Shown piece by piece: positions 1-8,985 of a stretch of DNA of 33,896 nucleotides. The position numbers and the translations under genes are program-made. The stretch comes from Alphaproteobacteria bacterium (GTDB taxonomy: Bacteria; Pseudomonadota; Alphaproteobacteria; JABSOH01), in NCBI GenBank assembly GCA_013216065.1, contig JABSOH010000003.1:5684-39579 (forward strand), given 5' to 3'. The first letter of the stretch is position 1. Each line of letters opens with the position of its first letter. The notes beneath the pieces were generated by a model that did no database searches, was not told the origin of the DNA, and saw nothing but the letters and a program-made list of their open reading frames with translations.

Positions 1-1383
1 GGTTTTTGCAGGGCGGGACGTTACTATGTATGGTTCGGTGCGCATGGTATAGACTTGAAGACCTCAGTAAAGATATCTGACACTGCGCTTTTGGCAGAAT
101 TTCTGGCGCAGCCGATGCCTCTAGGGCCGTTCGATTTTCAAGGTCAGGTGACGTTTTCTTCAGGGATTTTAAAGATTGATATTGCGCATTTCCTAGCGCA
201 GGACACCAAATTTAGTGGCCACATGGTACTCAACCTACCCAGTCGCGCGTTGATTGCAGATATCAAGGGACAACAGCTGTCGGTGGCGGATTTCTTGATA
301 GCGGATTCTGCTACCCAAACCGACGGGGTTTCAGCTGAAGTTTCCTCCGTTGCGGTTGCGGCGGATGATGGCCGCTTGATCCCAGATATGGCCCTGCCGA
401 TGGTCTTGCTGCAAAAACACTTTTTACCGGAATTTGCCGACGCCGAAATAACAATCGACTTGGCGATGGTGAAGGCTGATCCGCTGCTGTTTAAGAACGT
501 CAAGGCGAAGATTAAGGCCGATGATCTTGGAGCTGAGATTGATGTCGACAATGCGAACTGGGGTCTTGGCGGTAAGATTAGTGGGCAATTCAGTTTTAAG
601 GTTGGCAAGCAACCGGAATTCATTTCAGATTTTCGTGTTTTGACCACACCAATCTCGACTTTTCAGTCTATTATTCCTGCGATTAATCGCCTCAATGGCA
701 CTGTTAACGCTGAATTGAAGGGAGTTACGAGCGGGCAAGGTCTTCGTGCGTTGGCTTCGAACTTTACTGGCAAAAGCAGCTTCTCGCTGTACGATGGCTA
801 TGTGCATCTGCCCGATGAAGCTGGTGCGGTATTGGCATTGATTGCACCGACCATTCTTGAAGAGGGTCTGCTGATCTTGAAATGTGTCGAGCTACAAAGC
901 GACTTTACGAAAGGCGTGGATGACTCTTTTGATGGCGTGGTACTCTCGCAGGCTCTGAGTGCGTATGGTGGCGGACGCATTGATTTGCGCCAAGAACAAT
1001 TGGGCATGCGTTATCTGTTAGAGCTTGCGGTGCTGGGTGCGCCGATGGGTCTTCCGTTGGGGGTTGAAGGGTCGTTTGTGGCACCGAAGTTTGATCCGAA
1101 TTTTGAGAGTCTCATCTCTGGTAAGGTGGCAAACCCCGTTCCAGTACCGAATGGCAAGCGCAGTGCGTGCCACGATGAAGTTGCGACGAAGCTATCGGGG
1201 AAATACGAGGGCATGCCGTCGTTCTTCAGCCTTGATGCGCTTGGGAACCTCAAAGGTCTCGAAGGCTTAGGGTCTGGAATGGGTACGATCCAAGAGAAGC
1301 TCAAGGAAAATCTGAGCGCGGGTCAAACCGATCAAATTGAAAAGGCGGGCAAATCGCTCCTCGGCGGGCTGCTGGGGAATTAG
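1..1383 (+). CDS. Hypothetical large envelope-type protein, C-terminal part (AsmA/TamB-like is only a guess); 5' end outside the window
   Basis: Frame 1 is open from base 1, with no in-frame stop before the listed TTG at 55, through TAG at 1381-1383. The N-terminus therefore probably lies upstream of the window. I recognise no diagnostic motif; the family guess rests on composition only. Confidence 0.5.
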   Translation, partial: GFCRAGRYYVWFGAHGIDLKTSVKISDTALLAEFLAQPMPLGPFDFQGQVTFSSGILKIDIAHFLAQDTKFSGHMVLNLPSRALIADIKGQQLSVADFLIADSATQTDGVSAEVSSVAVAADDGRLIPDMALPMVLLQKHFLPEFADAEITIDLAMVKADPLLFKNVKAKIKADDLGAEIDVDNANWGLGGKISGQFSFKVGKQPEFISDFRVLTTPISTFQSIIPAINRLNGTVNAELKGVTSGQGLRALASNFTGKSSFSLYDGYVHLPDEAGAVLALIAPTILEEGLLILKCVELQSDFTKGVDDSFDGVVLSQALSAYGGGRIDLRQEQLGMRYLLELAVLGAPMGLPLGVEGSFVAPKFDPNFESLISGKVANPVPVPNGKRSACHDEVATKLSGKYEGMPSFFSLDALGNLKGLEGLGSGMGTIQEKLKENLSAGQTDQIEKAGKSLLGGLLGN

Positions 1384-1403
1384 GCGTTTATCGTAATGGT
1401 GTA

Positions 1404-2135
1404 ATGTTTCAGTCACTAGGTCGTCCCAGAGGGCAGATACGAGTGCTGCAATCTGGTTCGGCGTGGCAGTTGCGCGATGAGATCGGTGAGCTGGCTTTTG
1501 AGGATATTCCAGTGTGCTTGCCGAACCGAGATTGGGCGCAAGCGATTGTGTCGGAATGGCCGCACGATCAAAAGGTCAGCGCGCTGGCAGTCAAGAAGGA
1601 TCGTCCGGCTACGCAGGTTGCGAAGCTCGCATTACTCGGCACATTGCGCACACCGCAAATATACCAGCAGCAGTTGTTGAGCTACCTTGTCACCGACACG
1701 TTGTTGTTTTGGCATCAGAGTCCTTTGGGTTTGTTCCATGCGCAAGAGAGCCAATGGCGGCCTGTACTCGACTGGACGGCGACGACTTTCGGTGCTGTAC
1801 CTGCGCCGCGCTATGATTTTGACGCGGCAGACGTACCTGAAACGCTCAAGACAGCGGTTGCCGATTGGCTTGCACAATGCGATGGTTTTGCGCTGGCGGG
1901 GTTAGTGTTTTTGACCGGGATCAGTGGCTCATTGCTGTTGGGGCTAGCCCAAACCATGGGGCGGCTTGAGGCTGAGGCTGCGTACAGTGCTACCTATCTT
2001 GAGGCATTGTATCAACGTGAACGTTGGGGTCACGATGCTGAGGGTGACGCACGGCTTGAGCGCGGGCGACAAGGTTTTGTGCTCGCGGAATTTTTCTTGC
2101 ATAATAACGTCCAAACGACATTGAGGCGACCATGA
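1404..2135 (+). CDS. ATP12-family F1-ATPase assembly chaperone
   Basis: 243-aa ORF starting at ATG 1404. The pattern LVTDTLLFWHQSP ... WRPVLDW ... SGSLLLGLA ... YQRERWGHDAEGD matches the conserved ATP12 layout (tD.l.yr, W.P.ldW, S.vlaLal, e.WG.D.ea) typical of alphaproteobacteria. Confidence 0.75.
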   Translation: MFQSLGRPRGQIRVLQSGSAWQLRDEIGELAFEDIPVCLPNRDWAQAIVSEWPHDQKVSALAVKKDRPATQVAKLALLGTLRTPQIYQQQLLSYLVTDTLLFWHQSPLGLFHAQESQWRPVLDWTATTFGAVPAPRYDFDAADVPETLKTAVADWLAQCDGFALAGLVFLTGISGSLLLGLAQTMGRLEAEAAYSATYLEALYQRERWGHDAEGDARLERGRQGFVLAEFFLHNNVQTTLRRP

Positions 2136-2981
2136 AGCAGCAGGAAATTCGTCTCGAAACCTAAAGCCGAAGTTCACGTCTGGCCATGCGTCGCGCGAGG
2201 CAAACTTGATGCACAGCAACGATTGCTGGCCTTGCTCGCGGCAAGCCTTGAGGAGTGGGATGCCCCCTAGTCACCCATCAATGCCAGAATCGGCATGGCG
2301 CGGAAAACCCACTCAAGCGATGACGTGGTAACCGGAGTTGGCAGCATCGTTGGGAACACGGTGCGTGTGTATTCACAAGATTTTACGATGTTTCGTAGTT
2401 CGTTATTGATGGCGCGCGCGCAAGATTGTGGAGGTGATGGAAATGGCCCTGTGCACCCGGTGATCGGTTTGTTGGATTCCGGCGGCGCACGTATCCAAGA
2501 GAGCATTGATGTCTTGGCAGGGTACGCCAAGATTTTTCAGGCCAACATTCTGGCTTCTGAGGTGATCCCGAAAATCTCGGTGATCATGGGGCGCGGGCGG
2601 GGTTTTCGCCTGCGATCACGGATGAGGCGGCTTGTACATGTTTGTCACTGGGCCGAAAGGTGCTAAAAACTGTTGACTGGTGAGGAGATTGATCAGAAGT
2701 TCCTAGGCGGAGCGCGGGTGCGTACACAAAAATCCGGCATGGCAGATGGTGTGTTCGATAGCGATCTTGAAACTTGGCTCGCGGTGCGACGGTTGGTGAG
2801 TTTTCTGCCACAAAACAATCGTGCGAAACCGCCGCAGGTCGCGGGGATTCCGGCGCAGGATCAGCAAGCAATTGGATGTTTTAATCCCAGAGTACCCCCC
2901 CATACGCAGTACAACATGTGCGATGTGATCAATAATCTTGCAGATGACGCGGATTTTTTTGAACTCATACCACCGGCATGA
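2133..2981 (+). pseudogene. pccB: Propionyl-CoA carboxylase beta subunit / acyl-CoA carboxyltransferase pseudogene (frameshifted and 3'-truncated)
   Basis: Colinear fragments in different + frames match the carboxyltransferase family. They are RGKLDAQQRLLALL..LEEWD (~2195-2262), VTGVGSIVGNTVRVYSQDFTMF..PVIGLLDSGGARIQESIDVLAGYAKIFQANILASEVIPKISVIMG (~2325-2590), SPAITD, MFVTGPK, and LTGEEIDQKFLGGARVRTQKSGMADGVFDSDLETWLAVRRLVSFLPQNN (~2676-2820). They are separated by stops and frameshifts. The match ends near residue ~300 of an expected ~510 aa. Confidence 0.8.
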
Positions 2982-3212
2982 ATGATTGACCTTTCATGAG
3001 TGTGCCCGTTCTCTGTTTCCGATTGAGGTAATCAGGTCTGGTCTATACCCACACAATCGGCAGGCTCAGGCGCGCCTTTACGGCACTCCCCGCGCGGGAC
3101 GCGATAGATTGCGTTTGAGAATTGACAAGCGGCGAGTATGTCCTATAAGACGATTTTTCGTAGAACGTATTGCCAGAAAGCAATTGAAATATTTAAGATT
3201 TTTTCTTATTCT

Positions 3213-3287
3213 TGGAGCGGGCGATGGGATTCGAACCCACGACTTCAACCTTGGCAAGGTTGCGCTCTACCCCTGAGCTACGCCCGC
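3213..3287 (-). tRNA. tRNA-Gly (anticodon GCC), CCA encoded
   Basis: The reverse complement reads GCGGGCGTAGCTCAGGGGTAGAGCGCAACCTTGCCAAGGTTGAAGTCGTGGGTTCGAATCCCATCGCCCGCTCCA. It has a 7-bp acceptor stem GCGGGCG/CGCCCGC, a D loop AGCTCAGGGGTAGAGC, an anticodon stem-loop CAACC-TTGCCAA-GGTTG, and a T arm GTGGGTTCGAATCCCAT. Confidence 0.93.
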
Positions 3288-3325
3288 GCACGTCTGCTGA
3301 TCTGCGCGGAGGAACAACGAGGCAC

Positions 3326-3354
3326 CTTATAAGCTGTTCGGTAAATAGTGTCTA
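3326..3354 (-). promoter_or_regulatory. Candidate sigma70-type promoter for tRNA-Gly
   Basis: The minus strand reads TAGACA (3354-3349), a 17-nt spacer, then TATAAG (3331-3326). This lies about 40 nt upstream of the tRNA 5' end. Hexamer match only. Confidence 0.35.
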
Positions 3355-3475
3355 GTGTTTTTTCGTAGGCTTTCGCGTGGTTGCAAAGCGGTTATCGAGA
3401 ACCTATTCTTCATGGAGTTGTTCCGAGCGTTTTTTTGTTTTTTGCGAATTTCCTTAAGCCCAGGACCCTGGATCA

Positions 3476-4828
3476 ATGACCAAAAACTCGCCAGTTTCCG
3501 AAAAGCGCTTTATGGGACATACCCGCCGCGTTGTCGAGGTTGGCAGTAGTGTCGCGAGTCTTGTGCTTGGCATGGCGGGGCGGCGTTATCTGGGGGTTGG
3601 CAACGACCTTGATCATGCTGCAGCTAAGGCGACCGCGGTGCTTGGTGGCCTGAAAGGGCCGTTCATGAAGGTGTTTCAAATTCTTGCCACCATTCCCGAT
3701 GTGATGCCCAAAGAATACAGCGACGCTTTGCGGCAATTGCAGTCCAATGCCCCACCGATGGGTTGGTCGTTTGTGCAACGCCGAATGTGCGGCGAGTTGG
3801 GGTCGGGCTGGGCGCAAAAATTGCCCGAATTTAGCCATAAAGCCATTCATGCTGCATCGTTAGGGCAGGTGCATCGCGCTAAACTGCCCGACGGATGCGA
3901 CGTCGCGTGCAAATTGCAATATCCCGATATGAGATCGGTGGTTGATGCAGATTTGAAACAGCTCAAGGTGATCTTGAACCTGTATATGCGTACTAACCCG
4001 GCAATTTCACCAGAAAACATCTATGCCGAGTTGGTGGACCGCTTGCATGAAGAACTCGACTATTGCCGCGAATTAAAGCATTTGATGCTTTACCGCGAGA
4101 TGTTGCAGGACGAATCCTGTGTCACCGTCCCCGAACCGATTGCCGAGCTTTCTACTGACCGTCTGTTGGTGATGCAATGGCTGAGTGGCTCGTCGTTGAT
4201 GGATGTCGGCGACGCACCGCCAGAACAGCGCAACGCGCTTGCACGAGCTATGTTCCGCACTTGGTACGTGCCGTTCTATCGCTACGGTATTATCCATGGC
4301 GATTCGCACCCTGGCAACTATTCGGCGCGGGAAGACCACGGTGTCAACCTGTTGGATTTTGGCTGTGTGCGGGTGTTTTCGCCACAATTTGTTCTTGGTG
4401 TGATGGAGTTGTACTACGCGATTCGTGATCAGGATCAAGATCGTGCGGCTCATGCCTACGAGTTATGGGGTTTTGACCATCTCAGCCGCGAGGTGCTGGA
4501 GATTTTGAATGTTTGGGCGAATTTTCTCTATGCGCCATTCTTGGAAGACAGGGTGCAGAGGATTCAGCAATCCGATAGTGGTCAGTACGGTGCTGGGATT
4601 GCGGGTGGGGTCTACAAACGTCTCAAAGAACGCGGTGGCGTTACGCCACCGCGCGAATTTCTCCTGATGGATCGCGCTGCAATTGGCTTAGGTGCGGTGT
4701 TTTTGCGTATGCGCGCCGAGATCAACTGGTACCAGGAGTTCCATCGGCTAATCAGTGGCTTTGACCACGAAACTATGGCGCAAAACCAAGCCGATATCCT
4801 CAAGCGTCATGGCCTCGATGGCTCTTGA
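3476..4828 (+). CDS. ABC1/UbiB (AarF) family atypical protein kinase
   Basis: 450-aa ORF with LKGPFMKVFQILATIPDVMPKEYSDALRQLQSNAPPM, FSHKAIHAASLGQVHRAKLPDG..VACKLQYPDM and IIHGDSHPGNY. These are classic ABC1/UbiB kinase motifs. The start could instead be ATG 3512. Confidence 0.85.
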   Translation: MTKNSPVSEKRFMGHTRRVVEVGSSVASLVLGMAGRRYLGVGNDLDHAAAKATAVLGGLKGPFMKVFQILATIPDVMPKEYSDALRQLQSNAPPMGWSFVQRRMCGELGSGWAQKLPEFSHKAIHAASLGQVHRAKLPDGCDVACKLQYPDMRSVVDADLKQLKVILNLYMRTNPAISPENIYAELVDRLHEELDYCRELKHLMLYREMLQDESCVTVPEPIAELSTDRLLVMQWLSGSSLMDVGDAPPEQRNALARAMFRTWYVPFYRYGIIHGDSHPGNYSAREDHGVNLLDFGCVRVFSPQFVLGVMELYYAIRDQDQDRAAHAYELWGFDHLSREVLEILNVWANFLYAPFLEDRVQRIQQSDSGQYGAGIAGGVYKRLKERGGVTPPREFLLMDRAAIGLGAVFLRMRAEINWYQEFHRLISGFDHETMAQNQADILKRHGLDGS

Positions 4829-4883
4829 GCAATTAACCTTACTTTGCTTCCTAGGTTGAAGTTTTCGTCGCTGTATTCGGTTT

Positions 4884-4899
4884 TGGCCTTGAAATTGCA
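4884..4899 (+). promoter_or_regulatory. Sigma54 (RpoN) -24/-12 promoter upstream of fliK-flgD
   Basis: TGGCCTTGAAATTGCA has GG at positions 2-3 and GC at positions 14-15, matching the spacing of consensus TGGCAC-N5-TTGCW. It lies 34-88 nt upstream of the candidate fliK starts. Confidence 0.75.
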
Positions 4900-4986
4900 T
4901 GCCTTTTAAGGACATCGCGTGGGTATCGTTGCGTGTCAACAATACAGACGATTTGGTCTTGGCCAAGAGCTTTTTTGAGAATCAGC

Positions 4987-7599
4987 ATGAACTTAGGCGG
5001 AAATTTTTTGCAGCAAATTCTGGGCGACAAAACCCAGATCAATCCGTTCGGTCGGGGTACTGCTTCTGAAAGTGTATCGAAGTCGCGGGGCAAGCCGTCT
5101 TCAAAGGGGCATCGTACGGCGGACGAAGATTTGTGTGAGTTTTCCGACAAGAGGTTTGTGCGCCATCTCGAAGACTTTCGTTCAGCAGAAAAGCAGATGG
5201 AAGACACTGCCAAAAATCGCCAAGGTGCCCCTAAGCACGAATTGCGTCGTGCTACAGACCGTCAAGAAATTGCAGATTCACGGGAGGAATCTCAGCCGCA
5301 TAGCGTGCTGATCAGTTCTGAAAATGCGTCAAAACGTTCGGTGCCAGAAAAGCCGAGCGCAAAACCGAAAACTCCTGTGCCAAAACAGTCGCCGTTGTCT
5401 CAGACTCCATCTTCTCGGGTAAGTCCCCGCCAGCCAGTGCTGACAAAAGATGATGCCGGGCTTGTCGCGCCGGAAGAGGCGTTGCCCAACTCTGTTGGGC
5501 AAACCACCCTAGCTATCGATCTAGTGCCTACTGTGCTGAATCCCGTGATTGATCCGGTACCCAAAGGCGCGCTGGTTGAGTTGACTGCCCCGGTTATTGA
5601 TCCGGTGTCGACGGTTGCACAGTCTGCGCTCGACCTAACTTCCGCAGAGCCTGCGGTGAAAAAGCCGGGGACATCGCTCGGGACGGTGGTGGCAAAATCT
5701 AATCCAGACGCCGCTGCGCCGCCGATCATTTTGATCAAGGCTCAGGTCACGAAGCTTGCTGGGCATTTGCAAATTCTGGGCGTGGTTAGTCCAAATCCCA
5801 CGCAGATATCTGATAGCGATTTTGCCCAACGGCTGGCCATTGAAATCTATGGTCTGATTGATGCCATCGCCAAAGTTGCGCGACAATTTGAATCGAGTCC
5901 TGAGTGCCTGCAAGGTCAGAGCCTAGTGATTGCCTTGCCGATAGAGGCGCAAAAGCCTCTGGAACTTCTTACTGAACTGCAAAATATTCTTGATGCGGAC
6001 TCTTTTGCTGCACTGCTGGGCAATTTGCCGAAATTGATCTCTTTAAGCCCTGAGCAAGAGACGGATGTGCAGCGGCAACTTCAGACATTTCAGCCAGCAG
6101 AGGATTTGGGCGGCAAGCAGTCGGCACTTTTTGTTTTGCTACAGCTCCAAGAGTTAAAAACCACACCCATCTTGCCTTCTGCAACGAACAAGCTCGAAAC
6201 TTTACCCGAATGGCTTGCCGAGGCCGAACCAATCGCAACACCGACGAGTTACGCCCCAGCGAAATCGCTGCCAGCAGATTTGGGGCAGGTATCGGATACT
6301 GTAACCTGGAATGATGGTGGAGTTCTACGCCAAAAGCTCAATTACCAGGCTGCGCAGTACATGCAAACTCAGCGTCACACCCTGCCGATGCATTTGCAAG
6401 CACTCTCGCGTATTCCGGCTCTAGATAGTGCCGACTATGCCGCTTGGGTGCAGAAGGTAGCACAGATTGTTCATCAGGCAAATTTTACGCCTGCGGTCTC
6501 TGCTGGTCAGGTTACGGTCATGCCTTCTGTCTACGTCTTTGAAGATCCCGAAGTCATGCGGCTACTGCAAATGTTGCCGATTTCGACGCTACGCGATGTC
6601 GTGCGCGGTGCCGGACAATTATCGCGCCGCGTTGCGGCGCAGAGTACTTTGGTCCACTCGCAAGGCGTGATACGGGGAATGCAAACCCAGACCCAGAATT
6701 TGCATCAGAGCCATACCCATGAAAGTCCGCGCACTGGTGGGGCATCTCAAGACGCAGGGGTGATCCCTGAAAAAGTCTATCAGCAGACACTTGATCAGGA
6801 ACAGACTCACCCCGTCTCTGATCACGGAACCTTGCCTAAGGGGGTGGCAAAAGATCCGAACTCTACCAGCTTGATGCGTGGTCTGACCACGGCAGTCCCG
6901 ACTACCCACAATCGTGCTTCCGAACGCGATATTCGCGCGATGACGGGCAAGCGTCCTGCTCTTGCGCCAAGCCGTGATCAGCACACCGAACGCAAGGGCG
7001 GAGCAACGGACACGCGGCGTGTGGTATTTGATGCGGTGCAACAGCGTCTGGCGGAAGTTGAGCCCCTGCATCAGGGCCAGGTGCAGAGCTTTGAGTCTGT
7101 CGATAACGCGGCCTTGACACAGAAACTCAATGCGCAGTTTGCGGCACAGGCCGCGCGTAATCAGCATCAAGAACAAGTCGCGCGCATAGCAAAGCATATC
7201 CGTACCCAAATTACGATGCAGGTTTTGCGTCAGGCGCAGGTCAACGCTGAAAGCGTCGAATTGCAGTTGAATCCGCGTCGCTTGGGCAAGATGGAAGTGC
7301 GGATATCGCGCGAGGTTGGCGGCAAAATAACGATCAATTTTGTGGTCGAAAATCCTGAAGCCCTTGAGGTTCTGCGCAACTCTGCTAACAGCTTACTGCA
7401 ATCTCTGCGTGAGGCGGGCGTCAATGCCGACAGAGGCACGATGAATTTCATGTTGAAGGAAGAAAATCGTCAAGCTTTTGAGCAAAAACAGAAGAAAAAC
7501 ACGGTCCCCGGTCTGCCTGAAGACGAAGAGGATTCGATTCTCGAAATAGGGCAACTTGCAGATATCGACGCTGACGGCCACGTCAATGTGCGTGTGTAG
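4987..7599 (+). CDS. fliK: Flagellar hook-length control protein FliK (unusually long, Pro/Gln-rich)
   Basis: The C-terminal region ELQLNPRRLGKMEVRISREVGGKITINFVVENPEALEVLRNSANSLLQSLREAGVN matches the FliK C-terminal (Flg_hook) domain. The N-terminal two thirds are low-complexity and Pro-rich, as in FliK rulers. Its position directly upstream of flgD-flgE fits. I chose ATG 4987 (MNLGGNF...); the ORF is open from GTG 4933. Confidence 0.8.
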   Translation: MNLGGNFLQQILGDKTQINPFGRGTASESVSKSRGKPSSKGHRTADEDLCEFSDKRFVRHLEDFRSAEKQMEDTAKNRQGAPKHELRRATDRQEIADSREESQPHSVLISSENASKRSVPEKPSAKPKTPVPKQSPLSQTPSSRVSPRQPVLTKDDAGLVAPEEALPNSVGQTTLAIDLVPTVLNPVIDPVPKGALVELTAPVIDPVSTVAQSALDLTSAEPAVKKPGTSLGTVVAKSNPDAAAPPIILIKAQVTKLAGHLQILGVVSPNPTQISDSDFAQRLAIEIYGLIDAIAKVARQFESSPECLQGQSLVIALPIEAQKPLELLTELQNILDADSFAALLGNLPKLISLSPEQETDVQRQLQTFQPAEDLGGKQSALFVLLQLQELKTTPILPSATNKLETLPEWLAEAEPIATPTSYAPAKSLPADLGQVSDTVTWNDGGVLRQKLNYQAAQYMQTQRHTLPMHLQALSRIPALDSADYAAWVQKVAQIVHQANFTPAVSAGQVTVMPSVYVFEDPEVMRLLQMLPISTLRDVVRGAGQLSRRVAAQSTLVHSQGVIRGMQTQTQNLHQSHTHESPRTGGASQDAGVIPEKVYQQTLDQEQTHPVSDHGTLPKGVAKDPNSTSLMRGLTTAVPTTHNRASERDIRAMTGKRPALAPSRDQHTERKGGATDTRRVVFDAVQQRLAEVEPLHQGQVQSFESVDNAALTQKLNAQFAAQAARNQHQEQVARIAKHIRTQITMQVLRQAQVNAESVELQLNPRRLGKMEVRISREVGGKITINFVVENPEALEVLRNSANSLLQSLREAGVNADRGTMNFMLKEENRQAFEQKQKKNTVPGLPEDEEDSILEIGQLADIDADGHVNVRV

Positions 7600-7644
7600 C
7601 GCCTTTTGCTGAAGGGGTGCATGAACTATTAAGGATGAAGGTAC

Positions 7645-8874
7645 ATGAGTAATACGATCCCAAATACTACTGCGCAAAGTGCGATCAATGCTGCGACGGC
7701 GAGTGCTGCGGTTGGCGCGGCGAATGCCGGTGGCAGGACGAGTCAGTCGCTGAAGACGCTGAGTGATAATTTTGGCAGTTTTCTGAGGCTGTTGACGGTG
7801 CAGTTGCAAAATCAGGATCCGCTCTCGCCGATGGAAACCCACGAGTTCACCAGTCAGTTGGTGATGTTTGCCGGGGCTGAGCAGGCAATCTCGACGAATC
7901 AGAAACTCGATACCTTGATCGGGATTGGGCAGAAGAATGAAGCCAGCCAGGCATTGAACTATTACGGCAAACAAGTGCGAGTAAAGGGCAATAAGCTGTC
8001 GTTCCAAGGCGAGCCAGTGACCTTCCAATATACGGCCCCTGCCGAGGTTGCTTCTGCCGAGTTGACCGTGCGCGATAGTGCGGGAAAGGTCGTGTTTACC
8101 AAGCCGCTGGAAACCTCGCAATTTCAGCAGGGTGAGCACAATTTGACTTGGGACGGGCGTAATCAGTACGGTTATCAATTGGCTAAGGGGCTATATACTG
8201 TCGTGGTTTCGGGTAAAGACAGCGCGGGGAGCCTGGTAAATACCAGTGACATGACGGTGACGGCGGCGGTCAAGGGTGTCGAGCATAAGAACGGTAAGAC
8301 TTGGCTTAATATGGGCTATTATCAGGTGACACTGGATGATGTTGCTTCGATCACCATGCCAGGGCTCAATGTCGAGGATCAAGTGCGCGCAATGAATTTC
8401 GTCGGCAATAATGTACTCATCATCGGCTCCACGGCTCAGGTTAAAAACGGGCGGCTTAGCCTTGCGTATAACACTGCCGGGATTGCCAATTTCGGCAAGG
8501 CCCTCGGTTCAGAGATCTTGAAGGCTGTGAAACTGAAATTCTATAATCAAAGCGGCAGTCTCGTCAAAACTCAAGATATCACGGCAAAAATGGATATGGC
8601 CAAACTCACTGGCGGTGAGAAGCGTATCGACATGACTATTCCAGATTTGATCAATAACAATTATCGCGTCGAGATGCAGGTTGATTTTGCCGGATCGGGC
8701 AGCGTCACTGGCAGCACCTTCAACAAAATTCCGATGGGCTATTCCGGGAAGGTGCGTCGCGTGGTGTTTAATAATGGCGAAATTCGTCTTGAGATCAACG
8801 GCGTACTGTATAATCCAAGCGATGTTGGTTCCGTGATCAGCAGCGAAACGCCAGTGTTCAAGCTGTCATCGTAG
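7645..8874 (+). CDS. flgD: Flagellar hook capping/assembly protein FlgD with a duplicated C-terminal module
   Basis: N-terminal signature FLRLLTVQLQNQDPLSPMETHEFTSQLVMFAGAEQ. An Ig/FnIII-like segment reads GEHNLTWDGRNQYGYQLAKGLYTVVVSG. RBS AAGGATGAAGG precedes ATG 7645. At 409 aa it is much longer than usual FlgD proteins. Confidence 0.9.
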   Translation: MSNTIPNTTAQSAINAATASAAVGAANAGGRTSQSLKTLSDNFGSFLRLLTVQLQNQDPLSPMETHEFTSQLVMFAGAEQAISTNQKLDTLIGIGQKNEASQALNYYGKQVRVKGNKLSFQGEPVTFQYTAPAEVASAELTVRDSAGKVVFTKPLETSQFQQGEHNLTWDGRNQYGYQLAKGLYTVVVSGKDSAGSLVNTSDMTVTAAVKGVEHKNGKTWLNMGYYQVTLDDVASITMPGLNVEDQVRAMNFVGNNVLIIGSTAQVKNGRLSLAYNTAGIANFGKALGSEILKAVKLKFYNQSGSLVKTQDITAKMDMAKLTGGEKRIDMTIPDLINNNYRVEMQVDFAGSGSVTGSTFNKIPMGYSGKVRRVVFNNGEIRLEINGVLYNPSDVGSVISSETPVFKLSS

Positions 8875-8877
8875 GTT

Positions 8878-8893
8878 TGGCATACAGATTGCT
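8878..8893 (+). promoter_or_regulatory. Sigma54 -24/-12 promoter upstream of the first flgE
   Basis: TGGCATACAGATTGCT has GG/GC at the canonical spacing. It sits immediately after the flgD stop and 93 nt before ATG 8986. Confidence 0.75.
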
Positions 8894-8985
8894 TTGCTAG
8901 AGGCTTGGATAGTTTGATTTTTTTGATCTTTTTTGTTGATCTCCACAATTCATGATCAATGCACAACAGTAAAGGATACGGTCTC

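Noticed and set aside
3122-3149. Plus-strand TTGACA-N16-TATAAG hexamers between the pccB remnant and tRNA-Gly
   Set aside because: The hexamers are good, but they point antisense into the minus-strand tRNA-Gly with no plus-strand gene to drive before ubiB. This is probably a fortuitous or relic promoter and cannot be supported without transcript data.
2986-3332. Track ORFs 2986-3276 and 3138-3332 (96 and 64 aa)
   Set aside because: Both run through the complement of tRNA-Gly and have no coding features. They are artefacts of the tRNA region.
7393-8178. 261-aa ORF antisense to the fliK 3' end and flgD 5' end; similar cases at 13943-14677 opposite fliF and 6619-7209 opposite fliK
   Set aside because: These are shadow frames of well-supported flagellar genes. 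They have no RBS or motif support, and their arginine- and leucine-rich composition is typical of antisense translation.
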